Source: Trichoplax sp. H2 (lineage: Eukaryota). Taken from it: DNA of 28,970 nt. Below the pieces are notes generated by a model, which was not told the origin of the DNA, did no database searches, and saw only the letters and a list, made by a program, of their open reading frames with translations. The stretch spans positions 558,001 to 586,970 of the forward strand of contig NOWV01000032.1 of NCBI GenBank assembly GCA_003344405.1, in the 5' to 3' direction. Shown piece by piece: positions 10,961 through 22,146 of this stretch. Every line of letters begins with the position of its first letter. Positions within the stretch are counted from its first letter, which is position 1. The position numbers were made by a program, and so were the translations under genes.

Positions 10961-13234
10961 AAAGAGCTATTTAGTTGTCAGACGATATTTTTGTTGTAAC
11001 ATTATATCGCTTTAAGCTTATGCAATACGCTGTCATAGAACTTAAATTATCTGTATTGCATAATTATATACAGTATGAACAGTACTTGCATTAAACATAG
11101 TTAAAAGTTTCATAGATGTCAACTTTTTTCCTATTTTGCAATGCATTAATTAAGTTACTTGGTAATACTGTACATCAAAGATACTGCCTAATCGTGGCCA
11201 TATTCTTATTCTATACGCTTGCGGCTAAATTTAATGTAAAATAAAAAATAAATTAGCGACCATACTCTACTACTAAATTCATATAACTTAGTACTGAAGG
11301 AAATGATAAACTGACAGAGTAAGAATTAGGAAATAACCATATATTAAAGATTGACTTAGGAATTGTGAGCTTGAAATAATTGTATAATACTTAGAGTTTC
11401 ACAAGTAAGAGAGTTTTATACTGTGTGTAATATGCAAACTATGATAAAATATTAAAGAGTAGGGTGTTAGCAAGCCCTGTAGTGCAGTATAATTTTACAG
11501 GATGAATGTATGATTTATAGTAGCTATAGCCTTATTCAAATTATGTAGCTTACGTGCTAATATATCCGTACAAATGCGGTATTTTTTCTTAATTTTTAGC
11601 CTTGATGTCTCAGTTGTTAATGTGACTATGATACTGCCTTTACCTGCGCTTCTATTTTTGATATTATCCCCTAAAAGAAGTTAACATGCAAGCTTTGAAC
11701 ATCGATGCTTCATACAGTTGGTAAAGTTTGTAAATTTAAATGCAAGATTCGTATATCTATTTCTGAGCCATCTCAATGTTTGGTTTGCGTGATCTATACA
11801 GGAATGATGGTGCTGCACTATTTGATTGATTGTATTCAAGTTATTTATGTGACCGTACGATGATATTATTACAGTGCCATAAAAATGTAATATTTGAGTA
11901 TGATAATAAATGATTCAGTTTTGAATATAAATATTTAATGATCTTTAGGATGCTGTAGAATTAAGACTGAACAGTAACGCCTTCAGGCTGCTATAAATAT
12001 ATATCATTCCTAGTAAATACGTCTATAGCATTTTAGATAATTCGATACTATGTACTTGCATTGTACTCATGTGCAATATTTATTAAGAAATATAACAATA
12101 TTTGGTTGCATTGGCTTAGAATTCTGCATTAGCCAGGTCTTTTATGAAACTATGCGTATACTGCCTCAAATTGTAAGTCCAAGTGAGGGATCAGGTTTCG
12201 GCACGATAACAATGTTGATGTTCAATAGTTGTATTGTATAATATACGTGTTACGTTACATAGGCCTTAAAATCTCGATTTTACACTACTTGTGAGTAGTA
12301 CATGGAAATTTAATAACGTTACTGTATCAATAAGAAATCTTCTATATTATCATGTAGCTGGATATATTGTTTAATAAATATATGGTGTTTACCAGTGCAC
12401 TGTAGTTTCACAGCGCTGTATAAAGCTGGCATATATCATTATGGTCTTTGGTATAAATGATTAGGTTCAGATATATAAGTAAAATACTCGCCTGAAAAAG
12501 TTGGATACAATTATAGCTTAGCATGTTTCAATTTTTGTCTAAGTTTTCATTGAATCCTTACAATATTGCAACAATGAACTCCTAAAGAAGCCCTTTCAAG
12601 TATCGTACCGAATATTAATAGCTACCGTGATGTTTGCGTAGCTTAATTAAACAAACTTATAAATCATATTTAAGTGGTACCATAAAATGACCGGCGAATA
12701 ACTATACCCAACAGCGTAGCAACTCGTTATAAAATACAGACAAGGCTCATAATAATCTAAATGGCTTCCCGTATCACATTTTGCGGTTCCCTTAAGATCA
12801 GTATGAGTCGATTTGATAGTATTTTAATTTAGTATTATCTTAAATTTTTATGGTTACATTAATCATAGCATTTATAAATTTCATTGTAACTTTGTAACAG
12901 TTTAAGATTTTAGTAAAATATTCCGCGATGTGCTCGTTGATATACTTAGTACTCAATTATTTTAGTTCAATATCGGAACCTGGCTAAAACTAATTACAGC
13001 GAGTACCAACAACTTCGTCATAAATGATATAGAGTCAAACGCTAAAGGGGAGGCAAGCAAACTTTCATATTGAAGTATATGGATAAAATCACGATTGCAC
13101 AGAAAGCTGTAGTACTAATGAAAAATACACAAGTACTAATTAATTTAATACGATGTGGTACAGCATCTATAATTTTGATTAATATTTTACATTGATATGT
13201 TATTATGGAATACCAGGCATTTCATGTACTTTTG

Positions 13235-16200
13235 CTATACACGATTGTAAGATCTTATGTCAAGTTTTTTAGGGTTAGGGTATTGTGGGTGCTCAATAAC
13301 GCCTTCACCAAACTTCAATTCCAAGAATTTAGTATAATTATTCGGCGCAGATACCATCATTCCAAGAAACCCTTTAACAAACGTCATAACGGCAAGTTAG
13401 TTTTTAGTCCATTTTATAAAAATACGTGCAAGTCAATCTAATCATAATTATTTACAAATTTTTTGTAATGGTTTAATGAATTGAGTTGGAAATTTCATAT
13501 CCTGCTTATGTGTCTTAAACCAAGTATCCTTAGTCATAAATCCGTTCTTTTCATAAAACGGAAATAAATCTAATTGAAAGTATTAACCGAATGATCAATA
13601 TTACGTTACTAGTTTCGAAGTGAACTGAGCTCTTACCGACATGCATATGGTTTTGCTGGCTAAATTGAACACGAAAGAATTTTCCTTCCGTAGCTTTTTC
13701 CCAAACGTAAAATTGCTTATCTGTTACAGAAAGTTTTCTTCCTGTGTGAAGCGCGGCCAAAGTATCAAACTAGTGCATACAGTACATAGGCATTAAAATC
13801 TTATTACATCCCTATACGGCATATGTGCTCAACAGATGGGAATTATAGCAGATAAATCCATGCTAATTAAATGACTTCTTACGCAGTATCTTTTCACTCA
13901 CTTTGGCGATATCATCCTGGTGTATCCCAATATCGACATCGTAATCCCAGGGTATAATTTCCCCATTTCGGACAGCACCGAGGAGAGAGCCGCCCTAAAA
14001 ACCGTCGATCACAATTATTATACTTCTTAGTAAAAGACAACCTAACTATAACTTCATTATGTCCATAAGTCTAAGATTTAATGCTATTTTCTTACTTCTA
14101 ACCAATATCGAATCCTAAAGCGATTTAGTATATTAAAAACATGAATTGCAGTCTCCCGTAGAGCTCCTTTATATGTATTATAATAACATTCAGTATCTGC
14201 TTTAGCTCAAATATTTACTAAAGTATTGCTGAAGTTATGGATATTGTACATGATGATAACGTAATTTATTTGGTAAAATTTCGATACTTATGCAGCACGG
14301 AGGAGTCCATAAACCGTCATATAAATAAGAAGGGGTATCATCAATGACAGTTTTAAAACACCTGGAGGTGAACTGAGAATAAAATAACATGACATACTGC
14401 TAAATAATTAATTGACTACGTTTAATATTATTTTTCATCGCGATAAAATGAAGTTTTAAAACACGTATCCTTAATTGTTACCTTGTTGCAACCGAGCCAT
14501 TCTATCTCGCCGTCGATACCAACAATTTTCTTAATCTTGAACCTATGATAAATCAAATTAATATTTCCATTTCCATAATCCTTCATTTTGATAGATTGAT
14601 AGTACCTCTGATACATTGTTTTCCTTCGCTTCTCAAATAATGTCTCATGTTTTAGCCTTAAACGATAAATAAACAGTGTAGTGATTAACTGTAGATACAT
14701 TAACATATATGTGTTGCTATCAAAACATTTACCTATTGTGAGGGTCATTAAATAATCCTTTATATTTTGTGAAAAAGATTTTCTTGTTTATAACGGTTTT
14801 CATGTTTCTAACAGCAGCTTGAATAAAAATACCTTCAAAAAGGGAAGTGAAACCGCTATAGAAGCTCTAAATTCAGTCTCTTTAGACTATTCATATTTCC
14901 AACTTTAAATAAACTACGGAATCTACCAGTAGGATAAGGACGAACCAACGGTACCGTAAAATTAAATAACACTTCACGCTTTAATAGTATCGCCACATTG
15001 CTAAATGTGCCGTCACATAATAAATAGCCTGACCAGAAAATAAAAAGATTAATAGCAAATAAAGAAGTATGATAATTACAATTCATAAATGCTATGAAAT
15101 CTTAATGCGATATCTTACTGTCACTAATATCCTCTCGATCTTTACCATAAGAAATTGTCCATTGTCTATGTAGTATAAGCACAAGAGTAAGTAAGTAGTC
15201 TGAACAAAAATGCTACCTAGGATCATAACCGTCAGAATTTTACGAAATCTACTAATTTTAAGTACAAAGTGAATGCAAATTATTTTACCTAATATTAGGT
15301 AAAATAGATATGCAATCTTCCTTCCTGAAAGATCCATCAGTCATAGCAGAAATTTGTACTTCCTTCATGATTTTTTGTCCATCTTGCAGCGACCAAAACA
15401 GAGAAAATAATTTATATCTATCATCAAGTATTAAACCATCTGGCACCACCATAACGAACTGTGTGGCAATATATCTAAATTATTTTTAAAATTTGTCAAA
15501 ATATATAGCATCCTATTAGTTCTACAGGTGAATAAGTCTTACGATAATTGGTAAAAATTTTCAAATAGCGTTACAGACGATAGAATCTAGTTCTTGAATA
15601 AGATCGAATCCTGAATCACTCTTACTTTTCAACAAGCAAAGCTTGGTAAGGGGTAGCAATAGAAGCATCAGTATTGATAAGCTAGTGGCATGTCAAATAA
15701 ACAATATCAAGCAATGGTCCCAACACAAAATTAAATAGCGATGACCAATAAGATTTGCGTATCTACTATTAATTCACTTTAATTCTCTCTACAGTAGAAA
15801 TGTTCGAATGCTTCTTTCAGTGATAACATACAATAGTTACAGTATGAAACAATTAATTCGTTAGCACAGCTAATAGCTAAGACATGATTAAAGAGGCAAG
15901 CAAGTATGGCATCAAAAATACTTAGTATAGTATGTAGATATTCCACTGTAATTAAGAATACATATGACCATGTACCTTTACGTTAGGGCTATTAAATTGC
16001 AAAGGCGGATAGGGATTTCCGTGGCAGACGAGGAGTATGTTGATATTAGGAAAGAACTGCAGAATAGACTCCACCGTTTTCAATAAGTTATTTTCGAATT
16101 CCTCTGATAGAAGCACTCAATTAGATAATATTTTACATTTATTAGTGCAACTGTTTCATCAATCATTAAACAAGATACGATCTTTGGCAATAAAACATCT

Positions 16201-16286
16201 CCATAACTAACCGAATTCGTAAATTATAACCGTAACCAAGTCTTCGAATGATTTATCCATAACGGTATTGCCATATTTTCCTAAGT
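13235..16286 (-). CDS. FKRP: Fukutin-related protein (ribitol-5-phosphate transferase, LicD family); at least 15 coding exons, 5' exon unresolved
   Basis: Minus-strand exons 16286-16212, 16103-15976, 15681-15626, 15474-15289, 15165-15119, 15028-14927, 14832-14733, 14656-14606, 14542-14482, 14372-14288, 14166-14096, 13992-13900, 13769-13637, 13569-13456, 13371-13235; all GT-AG, phases consistent, ~479 codons. Motifs [42 protein letters not shown] (Zn site), [25 protein letters not shown] (DxD), [50 protein letters not shown]. Confidence 0.93.
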
Positions 16287-17249
16287 CTAGTCATAAATTG
16301 CGTAAGCATTTATACATAAGGTAATAATATTCCTTTATCTTGAACATTACATAATATATACTAATAGGATGCTAACAAATAATAAGATCATTTTAAACAT
16401 TTAATCTCCAAATTTCAATATAATTATGAAAATGACTGCAATACAGTACTGTATGCATGTTATGTCAAAATTTTAGCATGGACATAAGAATACAGTACAA
16501 CTTTCTGTTACCAATATCACATTAAATTAAACGATTCATATATAAATGCATTATAAATATAAAAGTCTTCACATTGTTAAATTATCTCATAATTATCATT
16601 GTCACATACTGTACTTGCACTTGGCAGTGAAACGTTGTTGCTTCGCGTATCTTATTGCACTGGATAAACAACCAACAAGCTTTATTCGAATGAGTACATG
16701 TAAGCGTACTACATCATGAATGTACGTACACTACGCACTGTATGTTATATTATGTACGAAATATAGAAACTAAGATCTCTATTGTATCTATAAGTATACT
16801 CGTATTTGTCACGCTGAATATTTTGAATATCAATAACAGCAGTAATATTTGGGTATCTTCAGAATTATATCTGAAAAAGTATTCTGATAGTTATTCGTCC
16901 ACACTAAAGAATCAAATCAATTATAATATATATATATATATATACATAATGTATGTATATAAATGTTCGAATGCAGTAATAATTTTTTCATATTTACAGT
17001 TAATTTCGAGGAGTTTCCGTAAATGATGTACCTTTCTCAAATGTAGCTTTTATATTAGCTTTCTCTAGTTGATTTTGAATAAATAGGAGATTAAAAAAGA
17101 TTAGCATGCTAGTTAATACGACAGCTTTAACTGTAAGTCTTTTCCCCTTCGTGTACAAGCATCCCATTCTATGCAGTTGTCCCCATTTGCAGGATTCGAA
17201 GAGCTACCACACTAACCACAGAAACTTTGACTGTGAGGTGTAAATAAAA

Positions 17250-17810
17250 CGAACAGTACTGAACTACTATTCTAGAAACTATTTTTGGTATGATCACTCT
17301 TGGATGGACAGACACTTCCGGCTTCATTTCGTCAAAATATTGTGTCAAACACTTCGTTATGACACTACTTTAGTATGCAGATTATCGATTTTGAATTTAC
17401 TGATTCTTTCTAAATTGAGTAATACTGTATTACGTGCAGCAGCGTTGTTGATAATGCAACGTTTAATGATATACATCAGACAGAGTGTGATGCATTCTAG
17501 AGATCCTTATTACTTTATTGTTCTTAGAGTCTCTTCAGGGTCGCTAATGCACGCAATTCAGAGTTAAAATGGGTATAAACAGCGCAAAGTTAAATAAATG
17601 CTTTGTTGTCCGCAATATATTTGAAAAACTGGAGAATTTATTGAAGATCCGGTCTGACGTTCTTCAAGCCAAACTTTTGCGCCACATTCGCTACATTGTT
17701 CATTCATTCTTTGCAATTGATGCGGAGTAACGATTGTACGCGGATTTCTGCCTATGGAAATCGTGCTAATAGCCAATCTACGTCGTTCTTTGCCTTGTTG
17801 CTTCATTTCT
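17250..17810 (-). mobile_element. Degenerate Helitron Rep/helicase N-terminal fragment
   Basis: ORF 17564..17806(-) contains HQLQRMNEQCSECGAKVWLEERQTGSSINSPVFQIYCGQQSI, resembling the Helitron N-terminal Cys motif (M..C..C.A..W..E...S...P.F..CC..G). Frameshifted downstream pieces FNSELRAL, KRCIINNAAA, FKIDN and AGSVCP are collinear with Helitron_like_N segments. Many stops. Confidence 0.6.
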
Positions 17811-18302
17811 TATACGGCGGTGAAATGTATTCTAGACGAATAGCAAAGTGTATCATGTGCATCAAACATGAAACGATTTCACTAACTGTAGACTGGTGCT
17901 GTAATAGTCTTTACGGTAATATTCACTGTATAAAATATGCAAATCATCCGTCATCATAAGCGTAGTAACTAACTGTAGCCGTGAATACAGTATAGCGACG
18001 GATAGAGGGCTGGGTGCTCGGTTGAGCAATTGACTCTTGATATTTTTATCACTTTATATCGCAGTATTGAATAATTATATTTCTTTAAAGTTTCTAATGC
18101 AATCTATCAGTCGCTGTTAAGTGTACGGTCGCTCCAACTATTTTACAAGTCACGTCGTAATATCGGTCATATCTGTTACTAAGTTCCGCTTGGAGACAGT
18201 TATTGTAGAAGATTGTCGATGTACCAAAATTAGTATACCAATGATTTAGAAAACAGACAATAGCTTTTAACATCCGGTCTCTTCGCTAACATTTTAATGA
18301 CT

Positions 18303-18343
18303 AGTGTACAGTACTGTACACAGTGTACTGTACACTGTACTGT
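18303..18343. repeat. ACAGT-derived palindromic cluster
   Basis: agtgtacagtactgtacacagtgtactgtacactgtactg. Confidence 0.7.
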
Positions 18344-18347
18344 TAGG

Positions 18348-18473
18348 AGGTCATCCAGGATTGATCGTAATTACTGCAATACTTTGCTGTTGATGCTTCG
18401 AGAAGACTTATAAAATCTAGAAAGCGCTCTAAACAAAATAATTCCAGTAGTTATGACCAATCCTGGATAACCT
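18348..18473. mobile_element. Putative MITE, ~126 bp with 29-bp imperfect terminal inverted repeats
   Basis: aggtcatccaggattgatcgtaattactg (18348-18376) versus the reverse complement of 18445-18473, aggttatccaggattggtcataactactg (25/29 identical, all transitions). No coding capacity; target-site duplication unclear. Confidence 0.55.
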
Positions 18474-18491
18474 GGTGTATAATATACTGTA

Positions 18492-18659
18492 CTCTTATTA
18501 TCAACTTGAAGTCGCACTATCCAAGCGTATAGTATTTCGTGGAATTTCTATTGGTTTCACTAGAATAGATTAATGTTATAATCAAATCGTATTATGCGAT
18601 TATCTCTATTAGCTTGAAATTGCGCTATATTCCGTGGAATTTCCACGGGTTTCGCTGGT
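18492..18659 (+). mobile_element. Two tandem Helitron-like 3' termini (hairpin followed by CTRR)
   Basis: Copy 2: ccgtggaatttccacgg hairpin (18632-18648) then gtttcgCTGG-t (18655-18658). Copy 1: degenerate tcgtggaatttctattggtttcaCTAG (CTAG at 18560-18563). Upstream parts also align (cttgaagtcgcactat / cttgaaattgcgctat). Confidence 0.55.
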
Positions 18660-18899
18660 TATATATTATATTATCATACGCGTAGTCACTGTCAAACTGA
18701 GTAATTGTAAAGTAAAAGCATGAGCTTCCTTAATCTTTTCCCGAAGTTTATGGCGAAATGTAACAAGTACAGTAACAGTACAGTACAGTAGACTCAACCA
18801 GGTTAATAAGCATTTCTTGCAGCAATTTACGCGATTGTTTCGAGCAACAAAGTCCATATTTCCGCTTACTATTGATTATATATTATCCACGAATCGATT

Positions 18900-20020
18900 A
18901 TTCAACGCTAGATGGAGAAAGATGTTTGCATTTACAATTTCAAGTCATTAAAGTATCGAAGTTTTGGACTATAGATATAAACCTACTTTATACACCGTAT
19001 AATATGTTCGGAACGCTACAAAAACTTTTCTAATCTCTTTGGCTAGCTTTGATTTAAGTCTTCGGTATATTTTACTGCATACGCTTGACTTTTGCATTGA
19101 AAGAATATGCTAATTGCTGGTCACTTTGGATCAGATTAGAGTCTCTAAATATATTAATCAGCATTACTGTTGCAAGATCTATAAATAAAGCAAACTTTGC
19201 TCATCTTTCACTTAAGAAAGTTAGGCTGGCGTATTCGATATCATCGACTATTGTAAAAACCTAAAAAATAAGCGGCTTATTACTCATTACAGTATAATTA
19301 TATACAGTACAGTATCTCAACGCCAAAGCATTGTGTAGCTATTCATGAAATCCTTATTTTTGTTAATTCTAGAGTTAATTCAAGGTATTAATAGTACACC
19401 TCGAAAGTTGAAAACATGATCCATAATTTAACTAGACGCTAAATAATTAAGTAGATGTTCAGTACGTATATGTACATGTTGCTGGTGTTACTGTTGCATC
19501 TATATAATTATTCGATCTACTGGCAGGCTTTTGAGAGATGGATAAGCCGATAAATCCTTCCAACTTACATGAATAAGAAAATTAGTTGGATAGCAAATAT
19601 CTTTATCACTCTACGAGTGCTCAGTTTACTGTTACTGCAGTAGTTGATTTCTTAAGCCGTGAATGACCGCATAATACGAATTAGCAATTCGAAAAATATA
19701 TTTTTGTTTCGGATATACCGATTTCCTCAATGGGGAGTATTGTGATGTAAGATACGCTAAGTAACGGTTGGTATCAATTAGAAGCTAATTGTTTAACTTC
19801 GTTATTGTAACCAAAATTTCGGCTTTGTACATAGCTACACAGAGGAATCTTAGCGTTAGCCCGCCGATAGGAAATTTAATACTGTCTTGTAAATATTATG
19901 CGAGATCGTTTCTCTTTTATTTATTAACTCTTTGTTAGATTCTTAAGTTGGCTTGCTTATTTGCAATAAGGTATTCGTCTGATAAACCTACCAACTATTG
20001 TTAGGTAATTAAGGAATCTA
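18900..20020 (-). pseudogene. Possible decayed tandem-DED gene relic
   Basis: Frameshifted minus-strand pieces FLNYLTIVGR (~20017-19988), YKTVLNFLSAG/LTLRFLCVAMYKAEILVTITKLN (~19891-19790), SYYAVIHGLRNQL (~19679-19641), LINIFRDSNL (~19161-19132), YRRLKSKLAKEI (~19067-19032) and QNFDTLMT..HLSPSSVE (~18966-18901) echo repeated DED helices. By eye only; many stops. Confidence 0.25.
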
Positions 20021-20360
20021 TATGTATAGAAGTTTCTGTTATAATTCATTAATTATAATTATAATTAGCTATAATATCGCAATACTTATACGGTGAAATA
20101 TATGAATATGCGTAACATTCTGCATGAAATATTAAAACAATGGAGGCGATTTCTAGTACATTAGTGATTGCTTCTTCTAAGACTGCCATATTTATACAGC
20201 TCAAGTTCAACTATTCTAGGCATAGTTTCAGATCATTCAGAAAGCAAGTGGATATATAATTATCATTACATACAGTAGCAAAATTTGCCTTTAAAGGATA
20301 ACAGAAGATACGCAATTTTGATAGCTTAAAATATATTTTTTACGATTCTAGATCTTATGT

Positions 20361-22146
20361 TTATGATTTGCTATTACCGTTGCCCGAAGCAAATTTAGAT
20401 TCTTCATCGAATGGCGGTTTTTTGTCTTGACTGCTTTTAAGTAATTTCTCTATATCTCTGTAATAATAGCAAAGAAGTCAACATTGTAATTGCGGGTTTG
20501 TGGAAAAAAGCAAAGCCAGATAGCTGTAGCGGATATATCGAAGGTCACAGAATAAATAGTACTCCATAGTTCAGTAATCCGAAGTATTACAGTATTTTCT
20601 TAATTTACTACGTAAATACTGTATAACTTAAAAAGAACTGCCTGTTTTGAAAGCGGTAGCAACTAGCAACCAACAGCTGAGGTTACAACGTTAATTGCCT
20701 GCTTTCATATAATTTCTCATGACGTACCGATACTGCAAGTAGACCTGATCAAAATCTATGACATTATCGTGCATTTTGGTCAGGTCTACTGCATACTGTA
20801 TATGTAACGGTATGTTTTCTCTAATTAAATAGTGAATTATAAATACTGTTGCTATTCACTAGATATTGTTATATATGTAAGAATACAGTAGCCTGTTGTA
20901 CTGCACCGAATGTGTTGTCATAACAGTCCATGAACGTGACTACATAGACCTGACAGACTACATCAAACAATAAAATAGAATACAGTACTGTACTGTATTA
21001 AAGTTGGCCTTAATGTTTCGTAGCCCTGATTGCTATCTTAAAAAATGTTTATTATTCATACCACGATAGGTAAGTTACTAGCTGCCGCCTGTAAAGCTAG
21101 AATACGTATCTCAATTTCACCTAACAATATAATTACGTAATTTACTATACGTATTTGCACGATCCCACCCTCGTACCTTTATTAAAAACTCCTAGCTTTA
21201 TACTCTCGAAGACTGATTGTATGGTGGGGCATCTACAGAATCTACAGTATGAATGCAAGCTAGGAGCGCGTGCAAGGTTCGGCAATAGTAATAAAAGAAA
21301 GAAAGAATAATAATAATAATAATAATAAAATCGTATCTACTGTACACTCAGTGTACAGTACAGTACTGTACAGTATGCGAAATTGCGAATGCAGCATTTA
21401 CTGATAACTGTATGATGGACTGTACACTGTACAGTAGTACAGTACAGTATATTGCAGAACTATAGAATATGCTCTAGCGTACAGTAGGACACTGGCTCAT
21501 GTAAGACTTTAGTACAGTACTTACCGACCCTAATTGCAATGATGTCACTATTAATCAAGTCTTACAGCACTAAAGGAATTTATTGTACAATTTAATTTGT
21601 TGCAATATTACAGCATCATGCAACGCAAGAAATTAAAATTAATTTGTTGTATCAACCCTAGTATATAGTACATTATGATCTACCACATCCTGTGCATCCT
21701 TACATTTTGCTGTCGTAAAACCATCCTTTATTATCGGAAATGAGGTGTAAATTCTGGCAATTTTCACAACGAACTATAACGACACCGTTCTCGTACGCCT
21801 GTCTTGAAAACACCTTAGTGGATCTACTATCGCAAACTTTGCATGTAAATGTTAAGGATATATTTTTATCAATAAAAAATTTTTGATTTGTAGTCTTATT
21901 TTCATCGATAAATTTTGAACATGTTTCGTTTAATCTATTCTGATCCAATCTATTTTTCGTGGAACAGCTCTGACAACGATGAAATATCGGCACTGCTACT
22001 TGTGGAGGAGATTCACATTCTAATCGCTTTAGTAGCGAGCGAAGTGGGTTCTTCAAAAGGGGTAAATGGACTCTTCCAGTGAAATATCGGTAATAGGTAC
22101 TGACTGTGACTATTTTAACTCTTACAAATGATTTAGTTTGATACAT
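20361..22146 (-). CDS. DNLZ: DNL-type zinc finger protein (mitochondrial Hsp70 escort protein Hep1/Zim17/Tim15), ~179 aa, 2 exons
   Basis: Exon 1 22146-21704: basic, acid-poor presequence-like N-terminus, then [46 protein letters not shown] (zf-DNL). Phase-2 GT-AG intron 21703-20458. Exon 2 20457-20361 reads (I)[16 protein letters not shown]...SKS*, matching the family's NIEEIL segment. Confidence 0.9.
20734..20793. repeat. Intronic hairpin, 18-bp core stem (one T-G pair), in the DNLZ intron
   Basis: agtagacctgatcaaaat (20738-20755) / attttggtcaggtctact (20773-20790), extendable by tgca with one bulge; 17-nt loop. Confidence 0.85.
21306..21520. repeat. (AAT)7 microsatellite followed by an ACAGT/ACTGT palindromic cluster in the DNLZ intron
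   Basis: aat x7 at 21306-21326; palindrome tactgtacactcagtgtacagta at 21338-21360; further tacagta units to ~21520. Confidence 0.8.

Noticed and set aside
11000..13200. Possible small gene between C1orf21-like and FKRP (ORF 12050..12241; MTKLLVLAVISFSQ near 13020 on minus)
   Set aside because: Short, no homology recognised and no phase-consistent exons; more simply 3' UTR or intergenic DNA.
15092..15337. ORF with TM-like segments as the FKRP N-terminus
   Set aside because: The conserved FKRP residues here are in other frames across two exons; the hydrophobic parts are largely intronic.
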